DNA of 64,000 nucleotides from positions 124,001-188,000 of the forward strand of contig QPGO01000024.1 in the NCBI GenBank assembly GCA_008632985.1. The letters run 5' to 3'. Positions within the stretch are counted from its first letter, which is position 1. The number at the start of each line of letters is the position of its first letter. This stretch comes from Psammoneis japonica. Its lineage: Eukaryota. This document shows, piece after piece, positions 33,936 through 47,126 of this stretch. The notes beneath the pieces are model-generated. The model searched no databases, was not told where the DNA came from, and was given only the letters and a program-made list of their open reading frames with translations. A program made the translations under genes and the position numbers.

Positions 33936-36900
33936 TCAGAAATCCTCGTCGAAATCCCAGCCTTCTTCATTATCTTGATTAGCATCATTAGCAGGAGAAG
34001 GATTATGGCTCGGCTCATTCACCGGCGCCTCTGCTTCGGGTTCTCCGGCGGCGTTGGAACTGGCATGGCTCTTTTTCAGGTTCTGACTCATGTCGCGATC
34101 TACAACAGATGGTTCGACAGGTTTCGAAACGTGCATTGCTTGAACTTCCTTCGATAGCACATTTGATGAAGGAGGGATACTGGTCACCTCCGTCGATGAC
34201 ATATTCGCCTCCTTCGACTCTGTCGTAGAGGTGGTCGTGCTATGGACATTGGTCCCCCCAATATTTTCTGTAGAGGTAGATTTCATTGGAGCAGCTAGCG
34301 TTGAAGCTGGTCGTATGGCGGGGCCTGACTGGTTTATCTCCGCCACAAGAGTAGATGCTGAAGGCGTGGCTCTGGCTGGTTCTTGTCGAGGATCGGATAC
34401 TGGACAGGCTCCTTTTCGACTCACATGGTACACAAGATGTTGTGTTCCCTTCATTATCCTGCATGCGTCTCTTAGCGCCTGTTGAATGCGACGAATCGTC
34501 GTTTGGTCAACAAGCACTCTCCTCAAGGTGTCGTTTTCTGCTTTGAGGTTCGCAATAGGATAATCGAAATTAGGATCCAAAGAGTGGGAGACCGCCCAAG
34601 CCATCGCTGTTTCGTAGCCTTCATTGTTCGTCATCATCGCAGCCCGCCTGGCGCCGTTCTCACTGTAGCCTCGTCCAATGAGACGTTGGACAACACCGGC
34701 ATCTGGAAGCACATGATTTGGGGGCTGACTTGAAGAGGCCTCCTCGAGCATCGCCGAAACCTCCGCCTCACTGGTTTCCTTCAATTCGCTAGCAAGGGCC
34801 ACCCCTGCTTCTTTATTTTCGATATGCAAAAGTAGAGAGACGCCAAACTCAAGGGCGAATCTGGCGTCATCACTCTCCATCCCCTCCCGAATGCCAGTCA
34901 TATCGGTGTGAAAAGAGTCAGCAATACACCAAAATATCACCAAGCGACAAATCGTGTGCAGCAAAGGGTCAGCCGACTTGTTTTCTTCGCCCACGAAATG
35001 CATTTGTAACTCAGAGTAAAGTCCGCGCATATCTGTCCCATAGTGCTCACGAATGTAATCGAATATCCGGTCACCTGGTCTCGAGTGGCCGAGTCCCTCC
35101 AGCGAACGCGAACCTTTTGACTGCGGTACACCCCCGACGAGCGTCTTGGCTGTCTTTGAGAAAATGCGAGCTGCCTTGAAAACAAGAAATCCCGTTTTTA
35201 CTGACGAAGCATGTCTCGGTTCAGCAGTTTCTAATTGAATCGACATTTTCTCTTCAGTTGGAGGGAGTGACTCTTGGCTTGCTTCTCGAATATGAGGCCA
35301 ACGACCGCTCCGCATTTCCAACGCACTGAAACTTTTGATTATTATCTCGAGCAATCCAGTGTGGTTCACCGATAGCTTCCCACGAAAACGTTGTAAACAG
35401 CAAGACAAAGCTCCTTTCTCGTATAACTATCGTCGAATTCATCCAACGCGACGACTTCTGCAACAGCTTTAAGTCGCACTCTCACGTCCTCTTCTCCTTC
35501 CCATGGTAACGAAGGGTCACAAACAAGGGAAAAGCACGCAGCTGCTGAGGCCCCGTACAGCTTGGCTCGCACAGCATGATGTACAACTCGACTTCGCAAA
35601 AACACTTGCGACGACAAACAGTCCAATCCCAGGATACCCGCAAAATGATAAATTGCGCCACCTGGTAGAGATGGGAGGTTGTCGCTCCTTGGCGCTTCTT
35701 GCGAGAGAAAAAGGCTCTTGAAATACTGGCAAATTCTGAAATTTGCTTCGGTCGCGAAAGAAGGATCTTTCCAAGCAGCGCATCCTGAAAGTACTGTATG
35801 AGGATTCTCTGTAAGCACAAGCTCAACAACGTCGAGAGGTGCTTTCTCTCGGATATCACGAACTTTCAATCCGCAGTCTCTGCGCCCAGCAAATAAGACA
35901 TTTGCCAAGAAACTGGCAGCATCGAGAAAGCGACGCATGTTGCAGAACTCTGTCCTGACATCTGGAAAGAGAGGTTCAAACAAATCCTGGCATTTTATTG
36001 CGGCCTCTGCGATTCACTGTCATCTACAGAGAAAAACGATTCTCGTAAGAACGCCAAAACGAGGTTTTGCATGTCTTGCTTCTGTATCCACTCGTATTTT
36101 TCAGCTCGAGCGACGTCGACAAGAAGTTCAACGTGCCCCTTATTCAGCAGCGGGCTAAACAGTTCCCTTTGAATCGCTTCGTTAAATACAAGCATATCCT
36201 GAAAACAGAGTCCATTCAGATATTGAAGGTCAGCAAAGAAGTCTTCAAACAGGGACATCTTTTCCAGTAAAGTTGAATCCGGGATTGTCTCAACTAGTCG
36301 AACAACCCCCTTACACATTTCTGAAACCATCTTCATTCCGACAATCATCTTTCCTTTCCTACCGCCATCACTCGATTTCGTCTCCTTCCGGTATGATATC
36401 ATTTCAAGCAATAGCGAAAACGCTTTATTTCGTATCCACGTTACCAGAATATCAAGCGATACCAAATCGTAGTGCAACAGGTCGACGCTTTCTTGCAATG
36501 ATTTCATTTGGGCATCTGATGCTTCTATCTCGTCTACATGCTTCGGTAAGCACTCATACATTTCCCACATCATATTGATAAGCATTCTGCTGTCTGACTC
36601 CGACAGATCGGAATTGCGCAGCTTCGATGCAGAGGCAGACACAACTTCGACAACCAACCGAATCAAAACAATTTTATCTGAAACAATACGGTCTGTCTCG
36701 CATACAGTTGTTCGACTCGCATTCGCAATCGTAACAGTCAAAGCAAGAGCATCTCGGGTTTCTGATGTATGGTTTGCGCTTCGAATAAGCTGTAGACAAT
36801 AACTAGCAACTGCATCATCCACCATCGCATTACTCGAACTCGAGCCATTCATTTTACCGCTAAGCATATTGTGTTGGAAACCTGGGATCGCCACAAGCGG

Positions 36901-38830
36901 CTTGAGAAACGTCTTGTATCTGGAAAGAACTTCGAAAGAGTCCACTTTATCACCAAGCACAAAACCCACAAGATCGTGACTATTCATATGTATAAGATCA
37001 TCACTTGACATGGTTGTTGAAGGAGAAGCTGGAAGAAACTGAGATGACGGAAACAATGCGTTGTCGTGAAGCATCTGGTTGTACACGTTCGCGTACTCCC
37101 TTAACTCATGCAACTGAAGCGACACCGGCGAGGTCTTCTCCACTTCGAACTTTTCACCTGAATTCTTAATGGCGTGCCCTTGAGACGATTCTATCCGTGC
37201 GAACGCAAAGTCACAGAATTCAACAACAGCGTCTAAGCTGCCGCGGTAATTCTGAATACACCTAGCTCTCTCAAGGTACCACCTTGTAACCATGTCGTTT
37301 CGTCCGTCAGATGTATCAGCACGGATTGGGGACGCCGTAGTTGCGAGAACGATCTTTTCGTCGCGATCGTCAAGGAAGATACCAACTGGAGGTCGCACGT
37401 GTCGTGCCATCAGAGTCCAGTGCAGCTGTCCCAAATGAGCCTCCAAGGGGACAAAGAAGCTGTCGCCATCTCCGTCAGACTTCTCAACAGGAAGCAAATG
37501 GCAATATGATGCAACACTGACTGAAGCTGGTATTTGGTTCAAGATTTCGAAGCGATGTGGGACCAGTTCTAACCGATGTCGAACAAATAGTAAGGTTAGA
37601 ACGGCAACGTCGCCTTTCGCTGCGAACCCCAAAGCAATCTGGTCCAGCGGTACATCGAAGAATCCTCTACCAAACTGCAACAAAGAAGACTGACTTCCAA
37701 ATCTACGAGACAGAAGTTCGTACGTGCAAAGTCTGACCAAGGCGGTGGAAAGCTTCGTGGTCGCTTGAACAAAATCCTGCGATGCGCGAGAATCTTGGGT
37801 CTGATTTTGAGCTCGCTTCAGTCCAATCATGGACGCCATCCTCGCGGTTTCAAAGTGGACGTGCTTGGTTGTAGGGCTATATTCAAAAAGAGACAAAGCT
37901 TGTCCAATTACGTATGAATCATCGAGAATCCTTTCCAAGGAACCGGTTTGCAGTTCCCTCTCCCAAATACACTTGTGACAGAAATCAATGTCGTCTGACA
38001 ACGTCGCACGTTCAAGTCCGTCAAGCGAATCAAAAATTGCAACCGCTTCGTGGTATCGAGCTGATTTTACTAACGAATGAAATATATCTTTGCCACCAAG
38101 TGGCTGTACAGCACAGAGGGAGAGATCAACATTGTAGGTTTCTGCTTCGTCAGCGGCACGACGTCTATACAGAACGAAAACCAATTCATCGTTTGCCCTC
38201 GTGAACGAAAGCCAACGCCAAGTTCCCACCCACCCGTCCAAGTACCAAATCAGATATACTTTTGCTAGACTCACTCCTTGAGTCAGCTACATCCATGAAA
38301 TGCAAATGGCCATCTCCTGCCGCGGCGACTAGAAGAGACTTCCACCAGCAAACATCAGCAACATTTTGAGGTACGCAGGGGCCGTTTCTTAACAAAGATT
38401 CGATGCTTTGTGCTCGGTGCACTAGCATTGTACAACCAGTTTCTGACGATTGATCACCTCTAGCGGACAAGAAAGACGCGCCGCTTATCCCAACAACAGT
38501 GATGCCTCCATTCCAATCCAACGAAGCGACTGTGACGATCGTCCGTCTACCGTCTTCATCGTTGGTTGTTGCTGTCCCGAATTGCAGGCAAGAGATTGGA
38601 ACAGGAGTAGTTACGACGCCCGAAACCTTTTCTCCAAAGCTTTCGCGTCTATTCTCAACAGTTTTTCGCTTTGTTCCTGTACTTTCCGCTGGATTCCCAG
38701 TGTCATCCAATCAAAGCAAAAGATGGTGTCCAAGATTCCCTATGCGGAGCAACGACTTGGATCAAAGAAACTTATTGCGAACAAGAGGGATCCAATGTAA
38801 TGGTTCCGCTCTGATACTTGTGGTTGGGAG
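33936..38830 (-). pseudogene. NBAS/Sec39-like tethering factor with C-terminal UBA; frameshifted in this sequence, 5' end unresolved
   Basis: FAAKGDVAVLTLLFVRH..HRFEILNQIP..YCHLLP and WYLERARCI resemble the NBAS core; UBA-like VVQRLIGRGYSENGARRA..AMAW; ends EEGWDFDEDF. Frames break near 38200, 36010 and 35405 with no evident introns. Confidence 0.7.
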
Positions 38831-40940
38831 AGAGTCGGGTTGAAAAGTTAATATTCAGAGGGTGTCTACAATCCTTGCTGTGCGATTCCAGAAAGAATCA
38901 GTCAAACAAGTGTGTTGATACAATAATATTAACGCTAATACCCTATAGAACAATAAATTCTAGACAAAAGAGCTTCTCCCTGGCTTGGTTTCACTCTAGA
39001 TTGTTCGCAAAGATGCAAACTGTCAAATCTGAAAATAGCATGGCGTGCTTTATAGTGAGTTTAAATTGATTGCAGGGCCTATTTGTACCAAGAGAGAGGT
39101 AGAAAACAGTGTTCACGAGGTCAATGATGAGTTGTAAAATATAATGCCGCTTTAAAATGGGCTTGTTGTTGTTCATCGTCTATTGGAGGGGTCCATTTTG
39201 GTCGTCGTGCCTTGAGTCACGAATCGTGAATCCCGTATGACCCGTTCGACTCGAGTTTTTGGGAGAATTAGCTCTACTAGACTTTGGCGCCCGCTAGCTA
39301 GAGGGCCATAAAGGACGAGAGAGAGAAGCATTATGGGTCAGCGAACCTTTCAAACAATGTAGTAAGAAAGTCTCTATGGATCGGTATACTCGTGGCACCC
39401 GATTTTTGAACACACAACCAGCTGCTGCGTGAACAGCTTTTTAACACGGGCAAGTGCTGCGTGAGCCAAAAATCTGAGACACCTGTGGAACTACCCGGGA
39501 AGTCATGGGGACACCCCGAAAGTTGTCTACTGGGTTTACTCGTGGGGACTACCGTGTGTTAGTTGGTCGGTGTGGAGTTTTAGTTGAAAAAGGGGGGTTA
39601 ATTTTTACACGTGGAAGTGCACGTCTGGGCCAAATGGCAGTGTGACAGACAACCAAATTTTGTTCACAGTGAAAATGTAAATGCTTGTCTGTCACAGCAA
39701 CTCCTCGCTTCTGATTCGCATGCATGTAGCCACCGGCAGCTGCACAAGGCTCCCACAACCCAATGGAAAACAAGCCAGCAATGACTCCTTGTGCACAGTG
39801 TCCGCACGCGACGCGTTGTCAGCTCGCTGGCAACTCTTGCTCATGACCCATTTCGAAAGCTTCTTTGTCTTTTGTCAGAAAGAGCATAACAAGATGCATC
39901 GACTGTGCTGTGTGGCACATCGAATTTTGTTGTGAAAGGGAAATGACGTTGACCGTGATGCCATGGTTGTTCTTCGTCTTTGCGTCGGTTGACGTCGCGA
40001 CATTTTTGACCCCCACACATGTTTTGCAACACGAACAAACCATGTTGCAGAATTTGCCACCTCCTGTTTGCGAATGATGCAACCCTTGTAAAACAATGAT
40101 GATTGCAGTTTCTTGCAATTGTGAAGTTGGCTGGGGCAGGGCCAGTTGGTCGCGCACGTTTGGGTTCGATGCAGCCGTGCAACTGGCCACACCTTGCAGG
40201 CAGAGCTGTGATGTTGATTGCACCATGTGATTTTCGGACATGAGAAGAACGCGTTCTTTAGAATGCTTCATCACTTGAAGATGAGTGATGAACACATCTC
40301 CTTCATCATCTGGCACTTGAGCAAGGATGTCACGGAGTTGCTCACCAAATGATGCTCACCACGTCTGTCGGCCATCAGGTTCTCGGATTTTTGCGACCCC
40401 TCCTCCCCGCCCCCACTCCCCACGGCCAGACACAGTCTCAGTGCATTGTGCAATCAGATTTGTGATGTCCTGAAGATTGCAAACAACATTGTCATTGCCC
40501 AACCTTTTCAGATTTGAGTGAAAACACAAATCGCATCATGCGCGCAAGATTTGTCTTTGCTTGAGTGCACATTTTGTCAGAACACAGCAGTGTGCAGTTG
40601 GGAGCGCAGCACCAGTGCTCACATCAGGAGCACAGGCGCTTGCACAGCATTGCAGTGAGCAACATGCACGTTGCATGGAAACAGCCGTTTCTCCCATGTC
40701 AGAATTCTGTGATGACTGGGTGGAAGAAAACAATGACTCCTTGCTGCTGTCCAAACAGCAGATGAGTCTCCGTGCAGAGACCTTTGCAGGAGCTGAAAGA
40801 CTGGTGTTGTGACGTTGGCACTGCTGTTGTCATTCTTGTGAGCTGTGGGGCTCAAAAGCAAACTGCATCACACGACGCACGTGGAACCAAGAGTGCACAT
40901 GATCATGTGTGATGAACTGAAATCTTGTTCAAATCCTGTC

Positions 40941-43660
40941 ACTCCCCAGTTTGCTTGAGGGGTCAACAGCAACAGATTGGATTGGTTGAAAGCCTCGGGA
41001 TCGAAGTTTCAAAACATCAGAGGATGAAGGAGGCTCCAGACTTGGGAGTGACCCCAGTGCTTGCTGAGGATGTCAGCTGGGTTGTGGGAGAATTCAATGA
41101 AATGAAACTTGAGGAAACCAGAGGCAATTGCCTTGCGCACACAATGGAACAAGAGGGCGGTGTGTCACTTGTGTAACTTGGAGTGCGGGATGGTGGCACC
41201 ATCCACACCAACTTGTTGTCCCCGAACATGTGACATGTTTCACAAATGGGGACGCCAAGGTGACGCAAAGTGATGTGCAGGTCGATGATCTGTTCAACGC
41301 ACATCCTTGCGGCAACAAACTCGGATCCATGCGCAGCAGTTTCAACTGTTGCTTGTTTCTTGGAGAACCAATCAGCTGGAAACTTGTTGAGGAAATGGAG
41401 GATGCTGGGGACAGAGCGTCCAGTGAGTGTGCAATGGAACAAGTTCACATCAATGCATTGTGTTGTGGTGACGAACTTGCCAAGTGGCTTGGGTGTGTCT
41501 TGTGGGAGTGGCTCTTCTACCTCCCCGCACACAGACTGGGACCAGTCATGCACGGGCTTGGAAAGGTCCGAACAGTCGGGTTCCTTGGTGTGCACTCAAA
41601 GGGCACCATGTCGCATCTTGGAGAGGCATCCACAGATGCACTTGGCGCGGTCCAGGTGACCTTGACGAGGCACTGCGCGGAAGCTGGAGAGGGACATGAC
41701 GACTGCAGTGATGTCAATGCGTCCAAGGGACACTGCCCATTGCAAGGAGCCAATCAAGGATTGGAGTTGGTGGATGCCATCTAGCTCAAGCAGTTTGGAG
41801 GTGTCAAGCTCAGGGTGGTCTCCCTTGTCAAGAGGTGAGAGCACATCAGTGCAAGGTTTCTCCCTGAAGAGGTGTGCACAATTGTCAACCATGTGCTCAA
41901 TGTGCTTGTGGGGAGCAAGACACAGGGTGCCATCCGGATCACGGGTGAAGTCGCATCCAAGGTGAAACTCCAATGGTCCAGTGCCCTTGAGTTTGAGCTT
42001 GTGTTTCTCCATGAGAGTGTCTGCAAAGGCCTGAGGGTCCTTCATGGTGAAGGCTGGGTCATCCACATGCACTGCCATGCATTCGCAGGGGTCGCCATTC
42101 CGGGTGAGCCAGATGTTGGGTTCAGCACGGCACGGGAAGAAGCCTTCAGCATGCAAGCAATTGGCAAAGCGTTCATGCCACCTGAGGCCGGAGCTGCGGA
42201 GTCCACACAGAGCCTTGTGGATGACTGAGGATGTGTCCTTCCAATTTGCCAAATTTGGGGCCTGCCATGATGCACAGTTTCTCCTTGGTCACAGCTTTGA
42301 GACAGGCATTCCCAATGTCAGTGGCCCAGGTCTCTGGTTCGTTGAGTTTGGCAAGGAAGATCATCATTCACAGACCACGGAGAGACACTGCTCCGGAACA
42401 GACACTGTTGACGGGCACGTCCGTGAGATGTTCGTCGGCAACAAGCCGTGCTTTGTGCCGTCCATCATGCTTGACGTTGCAGACGAGATGCACCCGGATC
42501 TTCTTGTGTCCTGATGGGGCGCTGGAGTCCTTGCAATGTCTGCAGTTGTGAAAAACCTTGCACTCATCATGCTGAGTCATCTTGAGGTCCGTTGCGTCTC
42601 CCCACTTGTGGTTGCCGTTGCGCTCGTCAAGGGTCAAGGCATGTTTGTAGTCCCGGGGCACTTCAAATGCGGAAGGAGCGCAGCTTGGCTTGGTTGGCCA
42701 TGCAGAATGGTTTCTTCTGGCGCCGAGATTTGGTCTGGAAACGTTTTCCAGCCTTCGGTGTCAAGCAAGCCATGTTCGCGTGCGCAAATGGCACAGGTGA
42801 TGGGATCGGCCTTGGCAATGATGGCAAGGGGTTCAGACGTGATCTGCCCATTCTCCCATTCAAGCATGATGTTGTGACTTGAGCCTTTTCAAGATGGATC
42901 GTGAGGTCTCAGTGGTCCTTCGTGAGAGACAATGCATCGGAACTTCCAGAGGGTGGAGTCCTCGTCTTCTTGCTTGATGTGGCGCATGATGCCATTGCAG
43001 GCAAGAACTTCCTCATGCTCATCATTGTTGACAGAGCAAATGAACTTGATCAATTCTGGGTTTTCTCTGATTTCCCAATCAGGGTCTTCAAAGGCTTTGA
43101 CAATGCAGGCTCTGCAACGTTGTCCATTCTCCTGTGGCTTCATGAGGAAGGTGCATCCGATGATGTCCTGGGGGTTGAAGACCGGCATTTTGGGCATCCT
43201 GATTGCCTCTCCATCTGGTGAATCCAGTGAATCCTCAAAGTTGTGTCGGGACTTGATGATGGGTTCAGCAGATGCTTTGTCAGGAGGGTCAAGACGGAGG
43301 TTTGGAGTGGATGGGTCATGGGCGGAGCGCATGTTCAAACGGCAAAGAATCTTTTGAGTGTCATCAGAGAGAATTTTGAAGGTCATTTGATGACCAATGT
43401 GTTCGGCAATGCCAACGAAGTGACCACAGAGCTCACAGGATTTGGACTGCCAGTCGGAATCATCTGGGTGACGGGTGACAGCACACGGGTTCCCACCATT
43501 GGAAATGGAGGAGCGGGCTGATGTTGGGAGCAGAGCCAGACAGCACCTCAGTGGGGGTGCACCAGTGAAGCTTGGCAGACACCGTGTGGTTGAGCATGAA
43601 GCACACGCACATCAGGGCGAGTGGCCAGGTGCAAGCCGGAGACCCAAAGCAATCCATGAT
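40941..43660 (-). mobile_element. 5'-truncated Ty1/Copia (diatom CoDi-like) pol remnant: integrase C-terminus, RT, RNase H
   Basis: HDGRHKARLVA, WATDIGNACL, KALCGLRSSG, AVHVDDP, FHLGCDF, GSLQWAVSLGRIDI, WFSKKQATVETAAHGSEF. PPT GGGGAG followed by TGACAGG at 40941 is the probable 3' LTR start. Confidence 0.92.
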
Positions 43661-43690
43661 GGTGTTGGCTGTTCACATGCCAGTCGCATT

Positions 43691-43866
43691 GCCGAAGCCA
43701 AGCCTCTTCCCAAGGTTTTGTTTTCAGACATTCATTTGAATTGGCTTCAAGTTGTTTGTGAAGGATGGGCCAGTCCACTCAAGGGATTCATGCGCAAGGG
43801 CACCCTTTTGGAGATGCTTCACTGCAACTTGATTCTTGTTGATCCACCCAATCCCACCAGCAATGT
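43691..43866 (+). pseudogene. ATP sulfurylase (PAPS synthase) gene fragment
   Basis: AEAKPLPKVLFSDIHLNWLQVVCEGWASPLKGFMRKG matches the eukaryotic EGWASPLxGFMRE motif. Confidence 0.85.
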
Positions 43867-44399
43867 CGTGCATTTTCTCCAACTTTTGAGAGCACCATTC
43901 TCCAACAAGACTTGAAAAGAAAGGGCGCCAGAAGCCGGTCTTGTGACTCAGTCCGCCAGGTGGCTTGACCAAGGACAATGATGTTCTGTCAGACGTGCAA
44001 GTCAAGCAGCGCAAAGAAATTTGGCACAAGGTTGTGTCAATTTTCTTGGAGGTTTGCAATTGTCTTTTCTTGTGTGTGTTGGTCACTCATTGACTGGCTT
44101 GTGTCATTTTTGCCTTGAAGTGTTCTTGAGCAGAACCACTCACTCCCATGGATTGGATCCTGTCTTTGCCATCGTGGCCATCTTGACTGCCCCAATGGTT
44201 TGCGCTGGACCAGCAGAGGTTGAATGTTCTTGTCCCACTGCCGCAGCATCCTTCCTTGTTGTTGGTCGTTGCAGTCCCACTGGCGTGAAAGAATCACAGC
44301 TTGCTGTGGCACATCCCTGTGATGACCTGTGCAATGGTGACCACAGTTGCGATGTCCTTCAAAACTCGCCCAGCATCAGTGCTGAGCTTTGTGAAGGTC

Positions 44400-46140
44400 A
44401 TGCATGAGATCAGCACCGACAATGTCATGAAGGTTCCCGATGAGAACCAAGTGGAGGATTTCATCAGCACAGCTGGGACCAACATGTGTCTGCTGGCATG
44501 CAACAGAGCAGTTCTCTGCAGCCCAACCAATGTTTTGACGGATCTTTTGCCGGGTGGAGGCGAACTGTTTCCTCAGCAGCTCAGTGGTCCCCAAGGGATG
44601 GGAAGGAGGGGTTGATTGCTGCACGCATGTCGATGAGCCCCGCACTGGATCCCATGGTCCAGACTGCATGTCCAGCCTCCTGATGACCCCCAGACAACTT
44701 CCTTGGGACAGTTTGGTTCCAGTTCATCTGAAAGGCACAAGACATGCGGCAGCTTCTGGCATGCAACAACCTTGTGTGCCGGAGCGGCGGCAGCAATCAC
44801 CTTGCTCATCAGATCCATTCGATGCACCAAACACGGCATCCCACTCACCAGTTGCTCTGCCGCCCTTGGCTTGTGGTCTAATCCACGTTCCACCCTCTTC
44901 CTCTGCCAAGTGTTCTGCCACTGCACCCCCGCCCTTCTCAGATTTGACTCTCCTGCCTTCACCTCCTTTGAACACGCTGTCCAACACCACACCCTGCGCG
45001 GTCTTGCTCAGCACCTTCACCCACATCATCACAAACACAACACCCTCCCTCAAGTCCTTGCAGACCCTTGCATGCAACCAGCTCTTTCATCCTTGCTGTC
45101 TCTGCTGACAAGCCTGTGCCTTCACTCTCTCTCCTGCACCCCAGCCTCCAACCGACTCCCATCGAACCTCTTCACACTCCTTCTCCTGCACAAACTGTGT
45201 CTCCCTGTGACATCCTCCACCCTGCTCTAATGTGACTGCCCATGCGGCCACACTTGCCCTGACCCCTGTGGAGACCATGCCTTTGCTTGCTCCAAAATGC
45301 ACAAAGGCCCTCTGTCAAACCACGTCCGAGACACCGTCCACACCATGGTCGAAACCTTGGGGGCCCTCTTTGCGGCCTGTGCTTCTCCCGTCAACAAGCA
45401 CACCTCAACCCCACCGGCCTCTCACCCAATCACCCCCTCAAACACCCCGCTGATGTTGGGGTGGCCCAACTCACTCCCAGCTCTGCACCACCAAATGCCC
45501 CATCCACCCACCAATTTTTGGCAATGGACGTCACCGCACTGCCAGCCACCCCGCCTCCTGCGCCTGGTTTGCCTGTCCCTGAAACCCCCCCAAACAAGGC
45601 TCACCTCAGCAGCACACGGGAAAAGCTTCTCGGTTGCTCTGCACCATCCACCCATGGCTCTGACATCATCGATGCCATCAACCAAGCTGGGCTCTTCCTT
45701 CTCCCTTTTGTCTTCGACCACCTTGGCGGCATCAGCTGCCATTTCCACATCTTCTTTTTCAGCACCTCTGCCACAACATCCTCCTCCATCCCACCTTTCC
45801 TCCCAAACCACCCTGGACAAGCCCCTCCTCCTTTTCCATTTTCCGCCTTCACCAACTCACTTCTCGCACCCTCCGACCTCCTTGCCGACTCCAACGCGGC
45901 TTGGAAACAACTCTCTCAAGACCGCTTCGGCTCCTCATGCCACACTTCAACCCCTCTGCTCTTGGCCTCTCAAATCCTCAGTCTCAACTTCGGCTTCGCT
46001 CTCTCCACCCATCTTTCTACATGTCAAGCTCTTCTCCTCCGCCACCCCACTGTCACCACACCAACACGTCCTCTCAACCGTCTGTCCGTGCTATCGGCCC
46101 ACCCTTTTTCTCTCCATCCACCCACCTCTTCCAACACCAT
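44400..46140 (+). mobile_element. Non-LTR retrotransposon 3' remnant with restriction-like endonuclease (CRE-like)
   Basis: From 45231: C-P-C-G..D-P-C-G-D-H-A-F-A-C..SNHVRD, then HPADVG..LAMDVT..REKL..LLPFVFDHLGG, i.e. CCHC plus PD-(D/E)xK order. Left limit approximate. Confidence 0.55.
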
Positions 46141-46142
46141 AA

Positions 46143-46393
46143 TCATCGTGAGACCCCACAAATACGGAGGGACCCTCCTGTAGAGCTCTACGCGAATTTT
46201 TGTATGTGGCACTGAAACATGTAGCCTACATACGCAAAACTGGTACAGTTTCTACGACAAAAATCCGAAAAAACGCCTAGTTCGCGAGATAGCTCTGGTA
46301 CAAAACCTACGTGAACAGTCCCCATACATTCACGTAGAACTCTACACATTTCCGGGTTGCGGGTCCCTCCGTATTTGTGGGGTCCCACGATGA
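46143..46393. mobile_element. MITE-like element, 251 bp, 33-bp TIRs, apparent 4-bp TSD ATAA
   Basis: TCATCGTGAGACCCCACAAATACGGAGGGACCC (46143-46175) matches its inverse at 46361-46393 at 32/33. ATAA at 46139-46142 and 46394-46397. Confidence 0.9.
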
Positions 46394-46663
46394 ATAATCC
46401 CTACTAAAAAAAAGGGCGAAAACATTATCAACTTTGTGACCGAGATCTCCATGTATATGGCCGCCAAGATGGAAGTTCAGAAGTCAGAAGGCCGTCGGAG
46501 GCATCCCGACTTCCCAGTGCAGTGTGTTAAGAACAAGACACGGTGGTGACAGTGATCCTCTTGATGTCATGGAGATGTTCCGGGAGACTGGGGATGGGAA
46601 GAGGCACGCTGTGCCGCCTTTTGTGTGAGCTGGAATGTGTGTACGATGGTGAAACGGATCATA

Positions 46664-46838
46664 GGATTCTCTGTATTGCTTTCAGTGACAAGGGAGCTGA
46701 CCGTATCCACAACATGGAACGATTTGGAACTCGTCAAGCCCAACACTTGGATCGACTTATTGACTGGGCTGAAGATTCTCTGTGTTGCTTTCAGTGACAA
46801 CGATGCTGACCGTGTCCATAGCATGGACGATTTGGAAT
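46664..46838. repeat. Diverged direct repeat of about 65 bp (period about 109)
   Basis: GATTCTCTGTRTTGCTTTCAGTGACAA..GCTGACCGTRTCCA..GATTTGGAA near 46664 and 46773. Confidence 0.8.
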
Positions 46839-47126
46839 TTTAATTACTGGTTGACACGATACAAGACAAACGATCGCAAGGCTGACTCCCAAGTTAGCAT
46901 CTCAGGCAATGGACGTAATTGACGAAACACATGTACAGTGGAACAGCCTTGTGGCAAGGAGGGAACGAGCTTGTACATGCTATCTTGAAAGACAGTCCTG
47001 GCTGCCATGGATAAGGTAGGATGATTTGAATCACACTTACGGTAACTTAGAAAGATTTGTTAGATTTTGGTTTTATTAAAGTCATTACAGTAGGATTACG
47101 ATGTGGGGTTAACAAGAGCACTGAAG

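Larger units (their letters stand above)
39640..46140. other. Hypermutated repeat block 2
   Basis: TpA nearly absent. Contains Copia, ATP-sulfurylase and non-LTR remnants. Confidence 0.88.
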
